A stretch of 51,508 nt of DNA from a candidate division WOR-3 bacterium. Lineage in GTDB: Bacteria > Hydrothermota > UBA3073. The notes under the pieces were generated by a model. That model searched no databases. It was not told the DNA's origin and saw nothing but the letters and a program-made list of their open reading frames with translations. Below are positions 18,796-28,955 of the stretch, piece by piece (within the stretch, counting starts at the first letter, position 1; each line of letters starts with the position of its first letter). The stretch is taken from contig JAYENM010000169.1 in the NCBI GenBank assembly GCA_034722095.1, positions 1 through 51,508 of the forward strand, written 5' to 3'. Made by a program: the position numbers and the translations under genes.

Positions 18796-20027
18796 CTCCT
18801 TGAGAGGATCTCCTCTACCTCTCTCTGTAATAACTCTAATGCCTCATCCATACTCCTCTTTTTGTATACAACCTCTTCAAGATAGACCTCTATCTTATCT
18901 CTGATCTCTTCCCATTTAGGGATTGGAGGAGATGGCCTTGCATCCTCAAGTTGCTTTCCAAAGGTGGCGATTATGGGCACATTCAAGACACCTTGATCCC
19001 ATGCCGTCTTCACAGCAGGGAGGTCGCCTGTAAGTTCAAACCATCTTATCTGGTTCTCTACCTCTGACATATACTCAATAAATCTCCATGCTGCATCTTT
19101 ATTCTTAGAGTTTTTAAATATTGAGAGGTTGCACCCACCTATAAAGGATATGCCGGTCTCTTTCTTTGGCAGAGTCGCAACTGCCCATCTTCCATCAATT
19201 TCTGGGACCTGCTCATGTAATAATTCAATCATCCAGGGGCCACTTATAAACATTGGCAGGAAACCAGTCTTGAAGGCATGAAAAAGATCTATGTCAGCAG
19301 TCCCTCCAATAGGAGCAAGTCCCTCGTCAAAAAAACTGCAGTAAAACTCAAATGCTTCTCTTGCCTTCGGATTGTTAAAGGTAGCGGCATTAAAGTCGGA
19401 GGAAAATATATCTCCACCTGCCTGCCAGACGAACATAAGGATAATGAATGCATCACTTGTAGGTAGATTTATAGCATATCTTTCAGGAATTCCATCCTGA
19501 TCAACATCCTTTACAAGAGCACGGCATACAGACTTGAGCTCCTCCCAAGAAGTTGGTGGATGATCATACCCTACTTCATTTAGTATATCCCTTCTGTAGA
19601 AGAGAACCCTTGTATCTACATACCAAGGTATACCGTAGACCCTGTTACCTATCGCGTTTGCTTTCCAAGAGCCTTCAAAGAAGTTCTCTTCCTTTACTAC
19701 ATCTGATCTCTTTAAATATCCGTCGAGGCAGGCGAGTGCGTCCATAGAAGCAAATTCGGGAACCCAGGTTGTGCCTAGTTGGCAGATATCCGGCGTTGTG
19801 CCCCCTATAACAGAGGTCAAAAGTTTCATGTGGGCATCAGACCATGGTATAGACTGGACTTTAATGGATATATCAGAATTTTCTTTTTCAAACGATATAA
19901 TCATATCTTTTATCTTCTCTCCCTCTGCACCCATCACCCACACCGTTAATTCCATCTCATCTTTCCCTTTGCCCTTGCAACCAAACAGGACAGCAAGTAG
20001 TATTACAAACCACACCATATACCTCAT
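18792..20027 (-). CDS. ABC transporter sugar-binding lipoprotein (solute-binding family 1)
   Basis: It has the lipobox LLAVLFGC, a length of 411 aa, and sits directly upstream of two sugar permeases with a 4-nt overlap. Confidence 0.8.
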   Translation of the reverse strand: MRYMVWFVILLAVLFGCKGKGKDEMELTVWVMGAEGEKIKDMIISFEKENSDISIKVQSIPWSDAHMKLLTSVIGGTTPDICQLGTTWVPEFASMDALACLDGYLKRSDVVKEENFFEGSWKANAIGNRVYGIPWYVDTRVLFYRRDILNEVGYDHPPTSWEELKSVCRALVKDVDQDGIPERYAINLPTSDAFIILMFVWQAGGDIFSSDFNAATFNNPKAREAFEFYCSFFDEGLAPIGGTADIDLFHAFKTGFLPMFISGPWMIELLHEQVPEIDGRWAVATLPKKETGISFIGGCNLSIFKNSKNKDAAWRFIEYMSEVENQIRWFELTGDLPAVKTAWDQGVLNVPIIATFGKQLEDARPSPPIPKWEEIRDKIEVYLEEVVYKKRSMDEALELLQREVEEILSRR

Positions 20028-20036
20028 ATTCTGCTC

Positions 20037-21047
20037 TTAAAATACAAATGGCAAGGATAATCTCTTTGCATTCTGTAACCTGCCGAAATCTGCATAAGCA
20101 CAATCAAGCTTGGCCATAGAACTTCCAAAATGATGTCTTACACCGCATCCAAGAGTGAGTCCCTCTTCGCTATCCTTCAGAAAAAGAGACGAGTAGCCTG
20201 CCCGAAGCGAGAGCCATTTGAATACATACTCAATCCCAATGTCTACGCTCTCTGTATTATCATTTGGGTGTTTTGCATCAATCGCCACCGTGAGATTATT
20301 GTTTCCATATTTTATCACATCCATAGACACTCCCACCTTGAATAAAAGAGGGAGGGGCCATCTGTCGGTATGGAGCATAGCGATTATTCTATCATTATCA
20401 CCCCATAAGTCAGGATTAAAATCGTAGTATACCAGAATATCCCTTCCATTATACCCTATCTTACCACCGAAATTTGATATACTCATACCAATCTTCATAC
20501 CGTTGAATTCAGTCCTGAAGAGTGTTCCCACATCTACAGCAAAAGTTGATGCGCTCATATGCCATATCCTTTGATTTATATACTTCAGGTTAAATCCTAC
20601 AGAGAACCTATCGGTCAGACCCCTTGCATAGGACAACCCAAGAGCAAGGTCTCCTGCACCAAACATCTCTCCTGTTCCCTCTGGTTCCTCTACTGTTCTT
20701 ACCTTCATCTCTGGCATTGAAAGGGAGGTGAGACTCACACCAAAATTGCCCCAGTGTGGGTTATAGATGACTACCCCTGCAAAGTCAAAATTCATTCCTC
20801 CCAGCCAACCTGTATGAATGGCAACTGCCTCATTTTTATACAGCCTTGATATACCCGCTGGATTCCAGTATATGGCAGTTGCATCGTCTGCTACAGCCAC
20901 AAATGCACCACCCATACCAATTGCTCTGGCACCCACACCTATCTTCAAGAATTGTGCAGCAGTTGTACCAACCTTTGAAACACCAAACTGTGAGTATAGA
21001 AGGCTTGGCACAAGAAAGAGCATGAAATATAGAAAACGCTTCTTCAT
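20037..21047 (-). CDS. PorV/PorQ-family outer-membrane beta-barrel protein (T9SS-associated)
   Basis: A signal peptide is followed by the family hallmark GTTAAQFLKIGVGARAIGMGGAFVAVADDATAIYWNPAGISRL. The C-terminus ends in an aromatic residue (LPFVF). Confidence 0.7.
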   Translation of the reverse strand: MKKRFLYFMLFLVPSLLYSQFGVSKVGTTAAQFLKIGVGARAIGMGGAFVAVADDATAIYWNPAGISRLYKNEAVAIHTGWLGGMNFDFAGVVIYNPHWGNFGVSLTSLSMPEMKVRTVEEPEGTGEMFGAGDLALGLSYARGLTDRFSVGFNLKYINQRIWHMSASTFAVDVGTLFRTEFNGMKIGMSISNFGGKIGYNGRDILVYYDFNPDLWGDNDRIIAMLHTDRWPLPLLFKVGVSMDVIKYGNNNLTVAIDAKHPNDNTESVDIGIEYVFKWLSLRAGYSSLFLKDSEEGLTLGCGVRHHFGSSMAKLDCAYADFGRLQNAKRLSLPFVF

Positions 21048-24000
21048 TTTATGATTGCAAACCTACCCAGCTTTTCACCTATTCCCGGGGCATCGACATG
21101 ATATATGTATATACCTGGTGCTATCCCTATACCATCCTTTGAGATAAGGTCCCATGGCTCCTCTCCATCATCTACAGTAGATATATGTTCTATTACCCTG
21201 ATAAGTTCACCGGATGTTGTATAGATTCTTATGGTCGCCTTTTGAGGCAGGTGAATGAAATATATTCTTCGCTCACCCCTTCCGGAGGCAAGTAACCTTC
21301 GTGGTTCCCATTCTGCGGCAGCACAGTAGGGATTTGGCACTACGGCAATTCTATCCATCTCATTCTTCGCAAGCACCTCATCAATATGCGCCGTCCTTGT
21401 CTCGATATCAAATACATCACCACTCCGAAATGGTGTATTGACTGCTATATATGCCCTATCACCCTGGATCGGGTTTATAGTCGTATCTATCCCCGGTTCG
21501 TAGAATTTTATCCTCCATACCCTCTGCCAGTAGTCATCAACCCAAAGCCATGTATCTATATAATCCCCAGCATTGAGCATACTATCTGCCTCGCCCTGTG
21601 GCTCCCAGAGATAGTATCTCACCTTTTGACTATCTACCACATCCCATATCTCAAAGTTCGTTGCATGACGCGGATTAGAGTAGAGGTAGGATGTATCAAC
21701 CCCGAAGGTATCAATCCTTATCTCGTAACTGGCAGGATAACCGGAACGTCTTCTTGGAAAACTTGATAACTGCTCAACTATTATTATTAAGTTACATTCT
21801 CCTTCAATCCAACCGGTGAGGGAGTCGTTCCAGGATACTGTATCATCTCTTACATATAATCTTATACCATCAAATACAGGGTTGAAGTCCTCTCCATTTA
21901 CACAGGTAGAGGTGAAAAGCATCGAATCAGATGCCAGGTCATAGAGTGAATATCTTGTCATGTCATCCGTCGTGTCATCAAAAACAATCCTGTATCCATT
22001 ATCTCTCACCTTGAGGGGATCAAGTATATCTATCCATATATTTCCTGTCCCGGGTCCCCCTGTATGCACTATATCTACATTGGCAGCCTTATATCCTGCT
22101 GCAGAGGACCGGGGAGTTACAACAACTGTATTCTTATCAAGGGCGACATTCCCTGCTACATCCATCTTTATAACCTTTGTGCACTCCGAAGGAAGTATAC
22201 CAGCCTCTGCCCACCCCCTATCATAGGATACAACTGCATAATAGTAGGTTTGACCATTTTTCACATCATAGTCGGTATACGAGTGTCGGATTCCTGTATT
22301 ATCTCCCATATAGTAGTGAACCCCGTTTACTGCTATAGGGAAATACCCCGACACATTGTTCTTAATGTCAAACTGGGCGAGCGGCTGATAGAGGATGGGG
22401 TTCCCCTGCCCGTCTGTGATGGTATAGCAGTCATTAAAGGCAGGGTCTGTGCTTCTGTAGATTCTATAACCCTCAAAGTCCTTCCATCCATATATACCCT
22501 GTTCGCAGTTTATAGAATCGGCAAACGGGTCCTCTGATTGCTCCGCTAAATCGTCCCAATAAAGGGTAACCTTTCCGTCCCCTGCAACTGCCCAAACCTT
22601 TGGCTTGTCTGGCGGTCTTGCAAAATTATAATTTGCGTTGTATATCTTCTGGACTACCTCCACATTTCTCCTCAAGTCCTCAAGGTCGTTCCCGAATACA
22701 AGTGCGAGTGAGAATCTCTCTGTCTTACCAGGAGGCAGCGGGAATGGCCCAGAACCGTAAAGGAATGCAATATTGCCATTCTGGGCTCCCGTGTCAAAGT
22801 GATAGTTTGCAATCCTCTCCCATATAACCTCGTCATACTGATACTCAACACCCTGTCCAATATAGAAACAGTCAAAGGCTGTAAGGCCAATCTGGTCGGA
22901 TTCGTCCTTATCAGTCTCATCAAAGTGTGGTTCCCCAGATGTTGGTATTCCATCGCCCTCTCCCCGATCGCCTGTCCCAGGGACCCCATCTGCACCCAGA
23001 TCATCCGTCTCTGGGTTCCAGTCCCCGTCATTGTCTATCCCGTCGTCCCTTGCCTCGTCTATCAGAAGATTGTCCAGTCCTTCCCCAGTAACCCAATCCT
23101 TGTATTTGAGACCCATATGCATCTCTCTGTTTTCATCTATAAGCCCATTTAGATTGTCATCCATACCATTCCAATCAATCTCAACCAATATCTCCCCCGG
23201 CATTATCCTCCTCGCTTCGCCTCGGCAGGAAACGACCACACCTGTGTCGGACATAGATACAACTTTCCGTTCATATGTATTGTAATCTATGACTACACAC
23301 TGCTCCCCAACGGAGTAACTCCTTGGGAGAAAGACATCAGGAGTAATTACAGGGCCTGGTCCATCCCTTCCATCACCATCATCGTCTATCCCATTGTATG
23401 GATTACCGGGGCTCTCAAGAAATGCATATCCTGCATATCCTGTTGGTCCCCAACCGCCCTCACCTAGACCATTTGCATCCCAGGAGTATGTTATATCCAT
23501 CTCGGTGTCGTAGAAGGCATTATCATCGTTTGAATCAAACTGACCACCGATTCCACAGTCTACATACATACCAAATACTGTCTTGTCATAGTGCGTTGTT
23601 GATACATTCGTTATATCATAGTGCCAGAATATAAGGTCTTCCGCCAGGACATTTGACCACTGAAAACCTCTCACCTCAACCCTCATTCCAAGTCCACCTC
23701 TTGAGGAGTCATATCTATCACAGTAGAATCTACCACGAAATGCGGCCCCATGGTCACAATAGTCATCCATAACAAAATAACTCTCCTGATCCGCATTTGT
23801 TCTCTTGCCGAAATAGCCATTCCAACATCCCGACCAGCCAGGGTCGTTGGGGTCGTCCATTTTATCAGGCCAAAAAGGGGGCCATGAATCCGGGTCATCA
23901 CTCATTGCAATCTTGTCCTCATATGGATTTGAATAACCAGGGATGGGCTGCCAGCCATATTCAACACCTGTAATGGGGTCAACCTCATAGTGTTCTCTGT

Positions 24001-24283
24001 ACCCTGCCTCTACTATATGTATTGTGTCCCCATCTGATAACACAACCTCTGCAGCAACTATTGGTGTTATACCGTCCATATATGAATGACCTGTTCCCCT
24101 TGGCCATACCCCCGATGGCTGCTTGCCCCACCAAGCAACCTCCCCAAAATTCCAGAATAACGTCTCTACAAGATTACCATTGTGAAGTCCCTGCTTTCTA
24201 TATTTCCTGTCGCCGTGCTCTTCAAAGGAGGATGCCTCGATCGCCATTAAAATACCTATTATGACAAGTATTAGCCTATTCAT
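21044..24283 (-). CDS. large secreted/surface protein with Asp-rich Ca-binding-like repeats and a T9SS-like C-terminal tail
   Basis: The start is moved to the internal Met (MNRLILVIIGILMAIEASS signal peptide), because the track's 19-codon extension runs through intergenic hairpins. Thrombospondin-3/dockerin-like repeats are NGIDDDGDGRDGPG, NGMDDNLNGLIDEN and DDGIDNDGDWNPETDDLGADGVPGTGDRGEGDG. The tail is VVPNPYCAA...ATIRIYTTSGELIRVI...GIYIYHVDA...GRFAIIK. Confidence 0.6.
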   Translation of the reverse strand: MNRLILVIIGILMAIEASSFEEHGDRKYRKQGLHNGNLVETLFWNFGEVAWWGKQPSGVWPRGTGHSYMDGITPIVAAEVVLSDGDTIHIVEAGYREHYEVDPITGVEYGWQPIPGYSNPYEDKIAMSDDPDSWPPFWPDKMDDPNDPGWSGCWNGYFGKRTNADQESYFVMDDYCDHGAAFRGRFYCDRYDSSRGGLGMRVEVRGFQWSNVLAEDLIFWHYDITNVSTTHYDKTVFGMYVDCGIGGQFDSNDDNAFYDTEMDITYSWDANGLGEGGWGPTGYAGYAFLESPGNPYNGIDDDGDGRDGPGPVITPDVFLPRSYSVGEQCVVIDYNTYERKVVSMSDTGVVVSCRGEARRIMPGEILVEIDWNGMDDNLNGLIDENREMHMGLKYKDWVTGEGLDNLLIDEARDDGIDNDGDWNPETDDLGADGVPGTGDRGEGDGIPTSGEPHFDETDKDESDQIGLTAFDCFYIGQGVEYQYDEVIWERIANYHFDTGAQNGNIAFLYGSGPFPLPPGKTERFSLALVFGNDLEDLRRNVEVVQKIYNANYNFARPPDKPKVWAVAGDGKVTLYWDDLAEQSEDPFADSINCEQGIYGWKDFEGYRIYRSTDPAFNDCYTITDGQGNPILYQPLAQFDIKNNVSGYFPIAVNGVHYYMGDNTGIRHSYTDYDVKNGQTYYYAVVSYDRGWAEAGILPSECTKVIKMDVAGNVALDKNTVVVTPRSSAAGYKAANVDIVHTGGPGTGNIWIDILDPLKVRDNGYRIVFDDTTDDMTRYSLYDLASDSMLFTSTCVNGEDFNPVFDGIRLYVRDDTVSWNDSLTGWIEGECNLIIIVEQLSSFPRRRSGYPASYEIRIDTFGVDTSYLYSNPRHATNFEIWDVVDSQKVRYYLWEPQGEADSMLNAGDYIDTWLWVDDYWQRVWRIKFYEPGIDTTINPIQGDRAYIAVNTPFRSGDVFDIETRTAHIDEVLAKNEMDRIAVVPNPYCAAAEWEPRRLLASGRGERRIYFIHLPQKATIRIYTTSGELIRVIEHISTVDDGEEPWDLISKDGIGIAPGIYIYHVDAPGIGEKLGRFAIIK

Positions 24284-24336
24284 AAAAGAGACTTCAACAT
24301 CTGTAGGTACGAATTCAATTCGTGCTAAATATATCT

Positions 24337-24358
24337 GCATCCCGCCAAAACGGGATGC
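24337..24358 (-). other. 8-bp GC-rich hairpin between the TonB receptor and the next gene (possible intra-operon attenuator/processing site)
   Basis: GCATCCCG-ccaaaa-CGGGATGC is followed by a second imperfect palindrome, GTACGAATT-c-AATTCGTGC, at 24308-24326. Confidence 0.35.
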
Positions 24359-24367
24359 CTACAAAAT

Positions 24368-27028
24368 TTAAAAACTGCACGAAAGACCTATTTGAATCTT
24401 TCTTGGTTCAGAATAGAAGTCTGGTCTATTTAGAAAATCCTCAAGCGTGTTTGCGCCTTTAACCTCGCTTGTGTAGTGAGGAATAAGGGAATAACCTGCT
24501 CTCCCCGTATCCAGATAAACATCCTTTTCATTCTTCCTGTCAAAGAGGTTGCTAACCAGAATGAATATTGAAAACCTCGTCTTTAGCAATAAGAATTCTT
24601 TATGTGCTTTCAAGTCAACTGAATAAGTCTCCGGTTTCTTCTCGCAGTTTTCAAATCCAAGCCGTATGTTTTGGTATTCAGGTGTGTAAGGTAATCCACT
24701 TCCGTACCTTCCTATAATGGAAAAGCCCCATTTATCAGGTTCACCAGCTACCACTGTGAAATTTATGGTGTGGGTCTGGTCCCAATCTAAAGGAACAACC
24801 TGTATCTCGCTCTCTCTTGGTGGTTCACTCTGCTGGTCATAAAATACAGCATTCGGGTCAGAGGCATTTCCTTCCGCTACCTGATAGGTATAATCTGCAA
24901 ATACCGATAAGAGACCTATTGGACGAGTCTTCAGTGAAAATGTAATACCTTTGACATTACCATAATCACGATTTACATATCCCGCATATCTGTCACCCAT
25001 TATATAAAGTTCATATATTGCAGTTGCTACGAGGTTTCTTATATCTTTATAATAAGCAGTCACATCAATTCCAATCAATTCTCCAAATTGTTGTTGTGTA
25101 CCAACCTCATATATAGTTGTCTTTTGAGGCTGTAGGTTAGCATTTCCCATAAGCGATCTCAGCTCTCCTCCTACGACCTCAAAATCAGGGTTATGGTAGA
25201 GATATTGGAAGGGTGGAATTTGAAAAAAATGACCATAAGAGAAGTGAAGAACACCCCTTTCCGTTATAGGGAAAGCTATTCCGAGTCTTGGACTTATCTG
25301 ATATTTTGCACTTGCCCATTTATACCATACATCCCTCTGCCAGTAAGAGTTGTTCGGGTCCCTTGGGTCGAGTGGAACTATGCCATCAGGATAAAAATAG
25401 TCGTATCTCACCCCCATATTCACAATCATATTAGTAAACTCCATCTTATCCTGAATAAAGAATGCGCCTTCCAGTGGGTAGTGTACGTACTTATTGTGCC
25501 TCGTAGATGAAATAGGATAGGGTCTGGGCTTCCAATCGGTAGTTGCGTCAAGTTGCAATTCAAACTCGTCTAGCGAGAGGGTATACCTTTTTGCTTCAAG
25601 ACCACATTTAACTTGATGAGTTTCCGTTATCTGGGATGTGATATCAAAATTCCCCAATATACTTTCAGAGCTTCGGTCATAGTGGCTCATATCGCAACCG
25701 CCAGTGTGAAATGCATATGCATTTCGATTCAACCTCCCGGGGTTAACATATCTTGAGTCGAGTGTATCCTCATACACATAGGATCTGTAGTTCTTTGAGG
25801 AGTAGGCTGCCCTCATATTAAAAAAGGTTTTTGCACCAACAGCCTGTGTGAATATGAGAGAATGCATTAGGGATTTCTCATATTCTGTAGGAACTCCATC
25901 AGGATCATATTTGAATAGATGTCTGTATGTCTTTTTTTTAAAGTTATCCCACATAAAACCGTACTTGAGTTTTGACTGGGGAAAGATTTGATATGAAAGA
26001 TTGCCGTAAACAAATTTCTTCTCTTTCGGATTCATCGAGATAAAACTACTATCCCCAATGCTTTCAATATACCACTCTGATGGATCCCCTGACTCAAAAT
26101 TTGAAGAGTCAGATGGGTTAAATATCCTCCTGCCATATAACCACCCTTCATTTTTAAATAGTCTCGTAGATAAAAAGAAATTTATTCCTTTACCTATCGG
26201 TCCACCCAGGTTTGCCTCTACATTGTAGCTGCTCAAAGGATCAAAATGGTAAATATATGGGAATATCTCCCTGCGAGTTGAGAAATAATCCCCCAACCAC
26301 ATTGTTATTCCAGCAGAGGGATTTCTCCCTCCCTCTTTTGTCACAATGCTGACCACCCCCGACATAGCCTTACCATACTCCGCATTGAATGTTCCGCTAA
26401 CTACCTTCATCTCCTGCACAAGGTTATTTTCTACCTCCATCATCATCCCTCCAGAAAATGGATCGCTAACAGGTATGCCATCTATCATATATACAATCTC
26501 ATCAGACCTACCACCTCTTATGTGGATTTCACCCCCGCTCCCTACGGTCACTCCTGCCTGTAGTTGAAGTAGCTCTCGGAAGTCACTGACTGGCATCTCC
26601 TTTATATTTTCCGAAATCAGCGTAGCTTCAGATGACGTGAGATCAGGTTGTATCAAAGGCCTTTCTGCAATCACCGTAACGCCCTTTCCTTCAATCACTG
26701 TCTGTTTCAATGCGAAATCAAGTCCTGTGGTAAGATCTAAAGAGACCTTGACATCCCTCACCATTATCGCCTCGTAGCCTATCATAGATGCCCTGATGGA
26801 GTAACTACCGGGGGGAACATTTAGTATTATATAATATCCATCGACATCAGTTGCGGCCCCGAGCCTTGTATTTTCTACAACAATATTTACCCCCGGCAGG
26901 GGTTCATGTGACTCAGAATCTATCACTCTACCAATTATCTTTCCTGTGACCCCCGCCCATAGGGAGCTGTATAAAGCCATATACAATAGGAATACACTCT
27001 TTAATATGGATGTACACTTCATAAGCAA
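24368..27028 (-). CDS. TonB-dependent outer-membrane receptor with N-terminal carboxypeptidase-regulatory-like domain
   Basis: It has a signal peptide and a CarboxypepD_reg-like domain (GKIIGRVIDSESHEPLPGVNIVVENTRLGAATDVDGYYIILNVPPGSY). The plug region carries EIHIRGGRSDEIVYMIDGIPV, and a long beta-barrel ends in GLSCSF. Confidence 0.85.
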   Translation of the reverse strand: MLMKCTSILKSVFLLYMALYSSLWAGVTGKIIGRVIDSESHEPLPGVNIVVENTRLGAATDVDGYYIILNVPPGSYSIRASMIGYEAIMVRDVKVSLDLTTGLDFALKQTVIEGKGVTVIAERPLIQPDLTSSEATLISENIKEMPVSDFRELLQLQAGVTVGSGGEIHIRGGRSDEIVYMIDGIPVSDPFSGGMMMEVENNLVQEMKVVSGTFNAEYGKAMSGVVSIVTKEGGRNPSAGITMWLGDYFSTRREIFPYIYHFDPLSSYNVEANLGGPIGKGINFFLSTRLFKNEGWLYGRRIFNPSDSSNFESGDPSEWYIESIGDSSFISMNPKEKKFVYGNLSYQIFPQSKLKYGFMWDNFKKKTYRHLFKYDPDGVPTEYEKSLMHSLIFTQAVGAKTFFNMRAAYSSKNYRSYVYEDTLDSRYVNPGRLNRNAYAFHTGGCDMSHYDRSSESILGNFDITSQITETHQVKCGLEAKRYTLSLDEFELQLDATTDWKPRPYPISSTRHNKYVHYPLEGAFFIQDKMEFTNMIVNMGVRYDYFYPDGIVPLDPRDPNNSYWQRDVWYKWASAKYQISPRLGIAFPITERGVLHFSYGHFFQIPPFQYLYHNPDFEVVGGELRSLMGNANLQPQKTTIYEVGTQQQFGELIGIDVTAYYKDIRNLVATAIYELYIMGDRYAGYVNRDYGNVKGITFSLKTRPIGLLSVFADYTYQVAEGNASDPNAVFYDQQSEPPRESEIQVVPLDWDQTHTINFTVVAGEPDKWGFSIIGRYGSGLPYTPEYQNIRLGFENCEKKPETYSVDLKAHKEFLLLKTRFSIFILVSNLFDRKNEKDVYLDTGRAGYSLIPHYTSEVKGANTLEDFLNRPDFYSEPRKIQIGLSCSF

Positions 27029-27063
27029 TTTTAATTTTATGGCGGGTTCTCCTTTCCTCTAAA

Positions 27064-28887
27064 TTATCTTACTACTATCATCCTGCGTGTCTGGCTATAC
27101 TTTCGTGTTTCTATACGGTAAAAGTAGACACCATTAGCAACTTCCCTCTCATCATCAGATTTTCCGTCCCAGTATACTGTATGAACCCCAGCCTCCATAT
27201 TGCCATTCGCTAGTGTCTTAATCGCCTGTCCTGTTAGGTTATAGACTTTAAGGGAGATATCTGTCTTTCCAGGTAGTTCATATCTTATGGTAGTCATCCT
27301 GCTGAATGGATTGGGATAGTTTTGGTGGAGCATACTTACCTCATGTCCAGATTCAGCTTCCAATATACCCAGTTCTGGAGAGAGATATACCTGCCTATAC
27401 ATATAGTATTTATCAAAGTTTATATCAGCCCATTCGCATCCCCACCAGGATTTTGCATAGTCTGAGGTATGCTCATCGTAGACATCCGCAGAGGAATGGT
27501 CCACATCCCATATCACAGGTGCTAACCATACTGAATCGCCATCAGTATACCCCCACATATCTGTATGCAGAACCAGCTCAAGCGAGTAGCCATGATCTGG
27601 CCCACATCCACCTGTATCGGCATGTGTTACCGTTCCAGGAGGCTCATACGACGTTCCCTCTACTGCACCGGATGGCACATTGGTGTTCGTCTCAAGTACA
27701 GCAGAAGCACCAACTTCTGAGCCGAAGTACATAAGTTTTACCTCTTGCCTCTCTCCGGGCATTGGTATATGCCAGGGGTCCCTCATCCACAGGAAGAGAC
27801 CATCTGCCTCCCAGCCCGGTGCCCACTCGCATATAGAAGAGTCGTTCGATAAAATTCCGAGATACAAGTCTGTTCCATTGTGCAAGAACTTAATCTCTGC
27901 AGTACTTGGGTCATCCCAGGAGTTCAATGTGTCACCCCACTGCATCCACCACCAACCGGTCGCGTCGGGACTTCCTTTACCTATAACAACCGAAGTAGCA
28001 CCTTCCCAGACATCTTCGTTTAGTTGCCCATCTATTATAATAGATTTGTCTCCTGGTAACTGGTAGGCAACAATAGATGTAGGGTCGCCAAGTATGAGAT
28101 ATCTGAGTTCAGTCCCCCACTCACTTCCCCACCAGCTCTTGACATAGTCACAGAGAGAGTCATCTGGATTTGATGCATGCTCTGGAACATAATAGTCCAT
28201 ATCAAATATCATCATAGAAACCCAAACAGTATCGTAAGGTTCGAAAGTAGGGTCAAGCACATCAAGGTGAATTACCATCTCAAGTGAGTATCCTGAATCT
28301 GGTGCCGAGTTATCGTTTGTTATAGTGCCCGGAAATTCATAGGATGCCCCTTCACCAGAACCCTCGGGTCCGTTTGTCTCAAATAGAGCGGAAGAACCGA
28401 CCTCTTCGTTTACATAGAGGAGTTTATACTCCTTTGCTATTGCACTGCCTTTCATCTTCACTTTCATAAACAAACCGTCGCCTTCCCACCCGGGGAAACG
28501 CTTACAGACTGATTTATCGTCCGATTGGAGTGCAATATACAAGTCTGTCCCATGATGGAGAAATTTTACTATAGCTGTAGATGTGTCGGTATAACCATCA
28601 TTTCCAGCACCGTTTGCATCAGGCACCCACTCATTTGAGGTATATTCCCAGGCTGTGACTCCAAAGCCAGCATCACTCGGGGCGAAGCCGGGACCAAAAC
28701 CGAGATAGAAGAAATGCCTATCCCAGTGGAGCGTATCCCCGAGGTCCAGTCTTCCATCTATCGTAAGTTCGCATGCAGGATCTCTGCTCATAACAGGCAT
28801 AGAGGGAGGGTCCATGTGCCCTGTACTCGCAACCATCTGTCCTATTAGAAGAACAGAACACCCTACAAGTACCAATATCTTCTTCAT
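27064..28887 (-). CDS. secreted tandem-domain carbohydrate-binding-like protein (CBM9/DOMON-like, tentative) with T9SS sorting domain
   Basis: The start is moved to the ATG at 28887, 6 nt behind GGAGGTG; the track start at 28914 is a TTG. An internally duplicated unit of about 240 aa is visible (KFLHHGTDLYIALQSDDKSVCKRFPGWEGDGLFM versus KFLHNGTDLYLGILSNDSSICEWAPGWEADGLFL, and YVKSWWGSEWG versus YAKSWWGCEWA). IDGQLNEDVWEGA resembles CBM9. The tail is YPNPFSRMTTIRY...VYNLTGQAIKTL...GVYFYRIET...RMIVVR. Confidence 0.6.
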   Translation of the reverse strand: MKKILVLVGCSVLLIGQMVASTGHMDPPSMPVMSRDPACELTIDGRLDLGDTLHWDRHFFYLGFGPGFAPSDAGFGVTAWEYTSNEWVPDANGAGNDGYTDTSTAIVKFLHHGTDLYIALQSDDKSVCKRFPGWEGDGLFMKVKMKGSAIAKEYKLLYVNEEVGSSALFETNGPEGSGEGASYEFPGTITNDNSAPDSGYSLEMVIHLDVLDPTFEPYDTVWVSMMIFDMDYYVPEHASNPDDSLCDYVKSWWGSEWGTELRYLILGDPTSIVAYQLPGDKSIIIDGQLNEDVWEGATSVVIGKGSPDATGWWWMQWGDTLNSWDDPSTAEIKFLHNGTDLYLGILSNDSSICEWAPGWEADGLFLWMRDPWHIPMPGERQEVKLMYFGSEVGASAVLETNTNVPSGAVEGTSYEPPGTVTHADTGGCGPDHGYSLELVLHTDMWGYTDGDSVWLAPVIWDVDHSSADVYDEHTSDYAKSWWGCEWADINFDKYYMYRQVYLSPELGILEAESGHEVSMLHQNYPNPFSRMTTIRYELPGKTDISLKVYNLTGQAIKTLANGNMEAGVHTVYWDGKSDDEREVANGVYFYRIETRKYSQTRRMIVVR

Positions 28888-28955
28888 GTTTCTCACCTCC
28901 TTTCGTTGCTTCAATCTCCCTCAGATAGAGGGGTCTTAAGGAGGACCCGCCATTA

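Noticed and set aside
21386-24264. Eleven plus-strand ORFs (and two off-frame minus ORFs) within the 1079-aa gene, and similar shadows inside the TonB receptor, the GH genes and the CBM9-like gene.
   Set aside because: All lie antisense or off-frame within long ORFs that carry recognisable domains. No independent start signals are present.
24284-24340. 19-codon extension of the large surface-protein ORF (MQIYLARIEFVPTDVEVSF).
   Set aside because: It runs through two intergenic palindromes (24308-24326 and 24337-24358). A normal signal peptide starts at the Met at 24283.
28888-28914. TTG-initiated 9-codon extension of the CBM9-like gene (MKQRKEVRN).
   Set aside because: The extension itself contains the GGAGGTG Shine-Dalgarno that serves the ATG at 28887.
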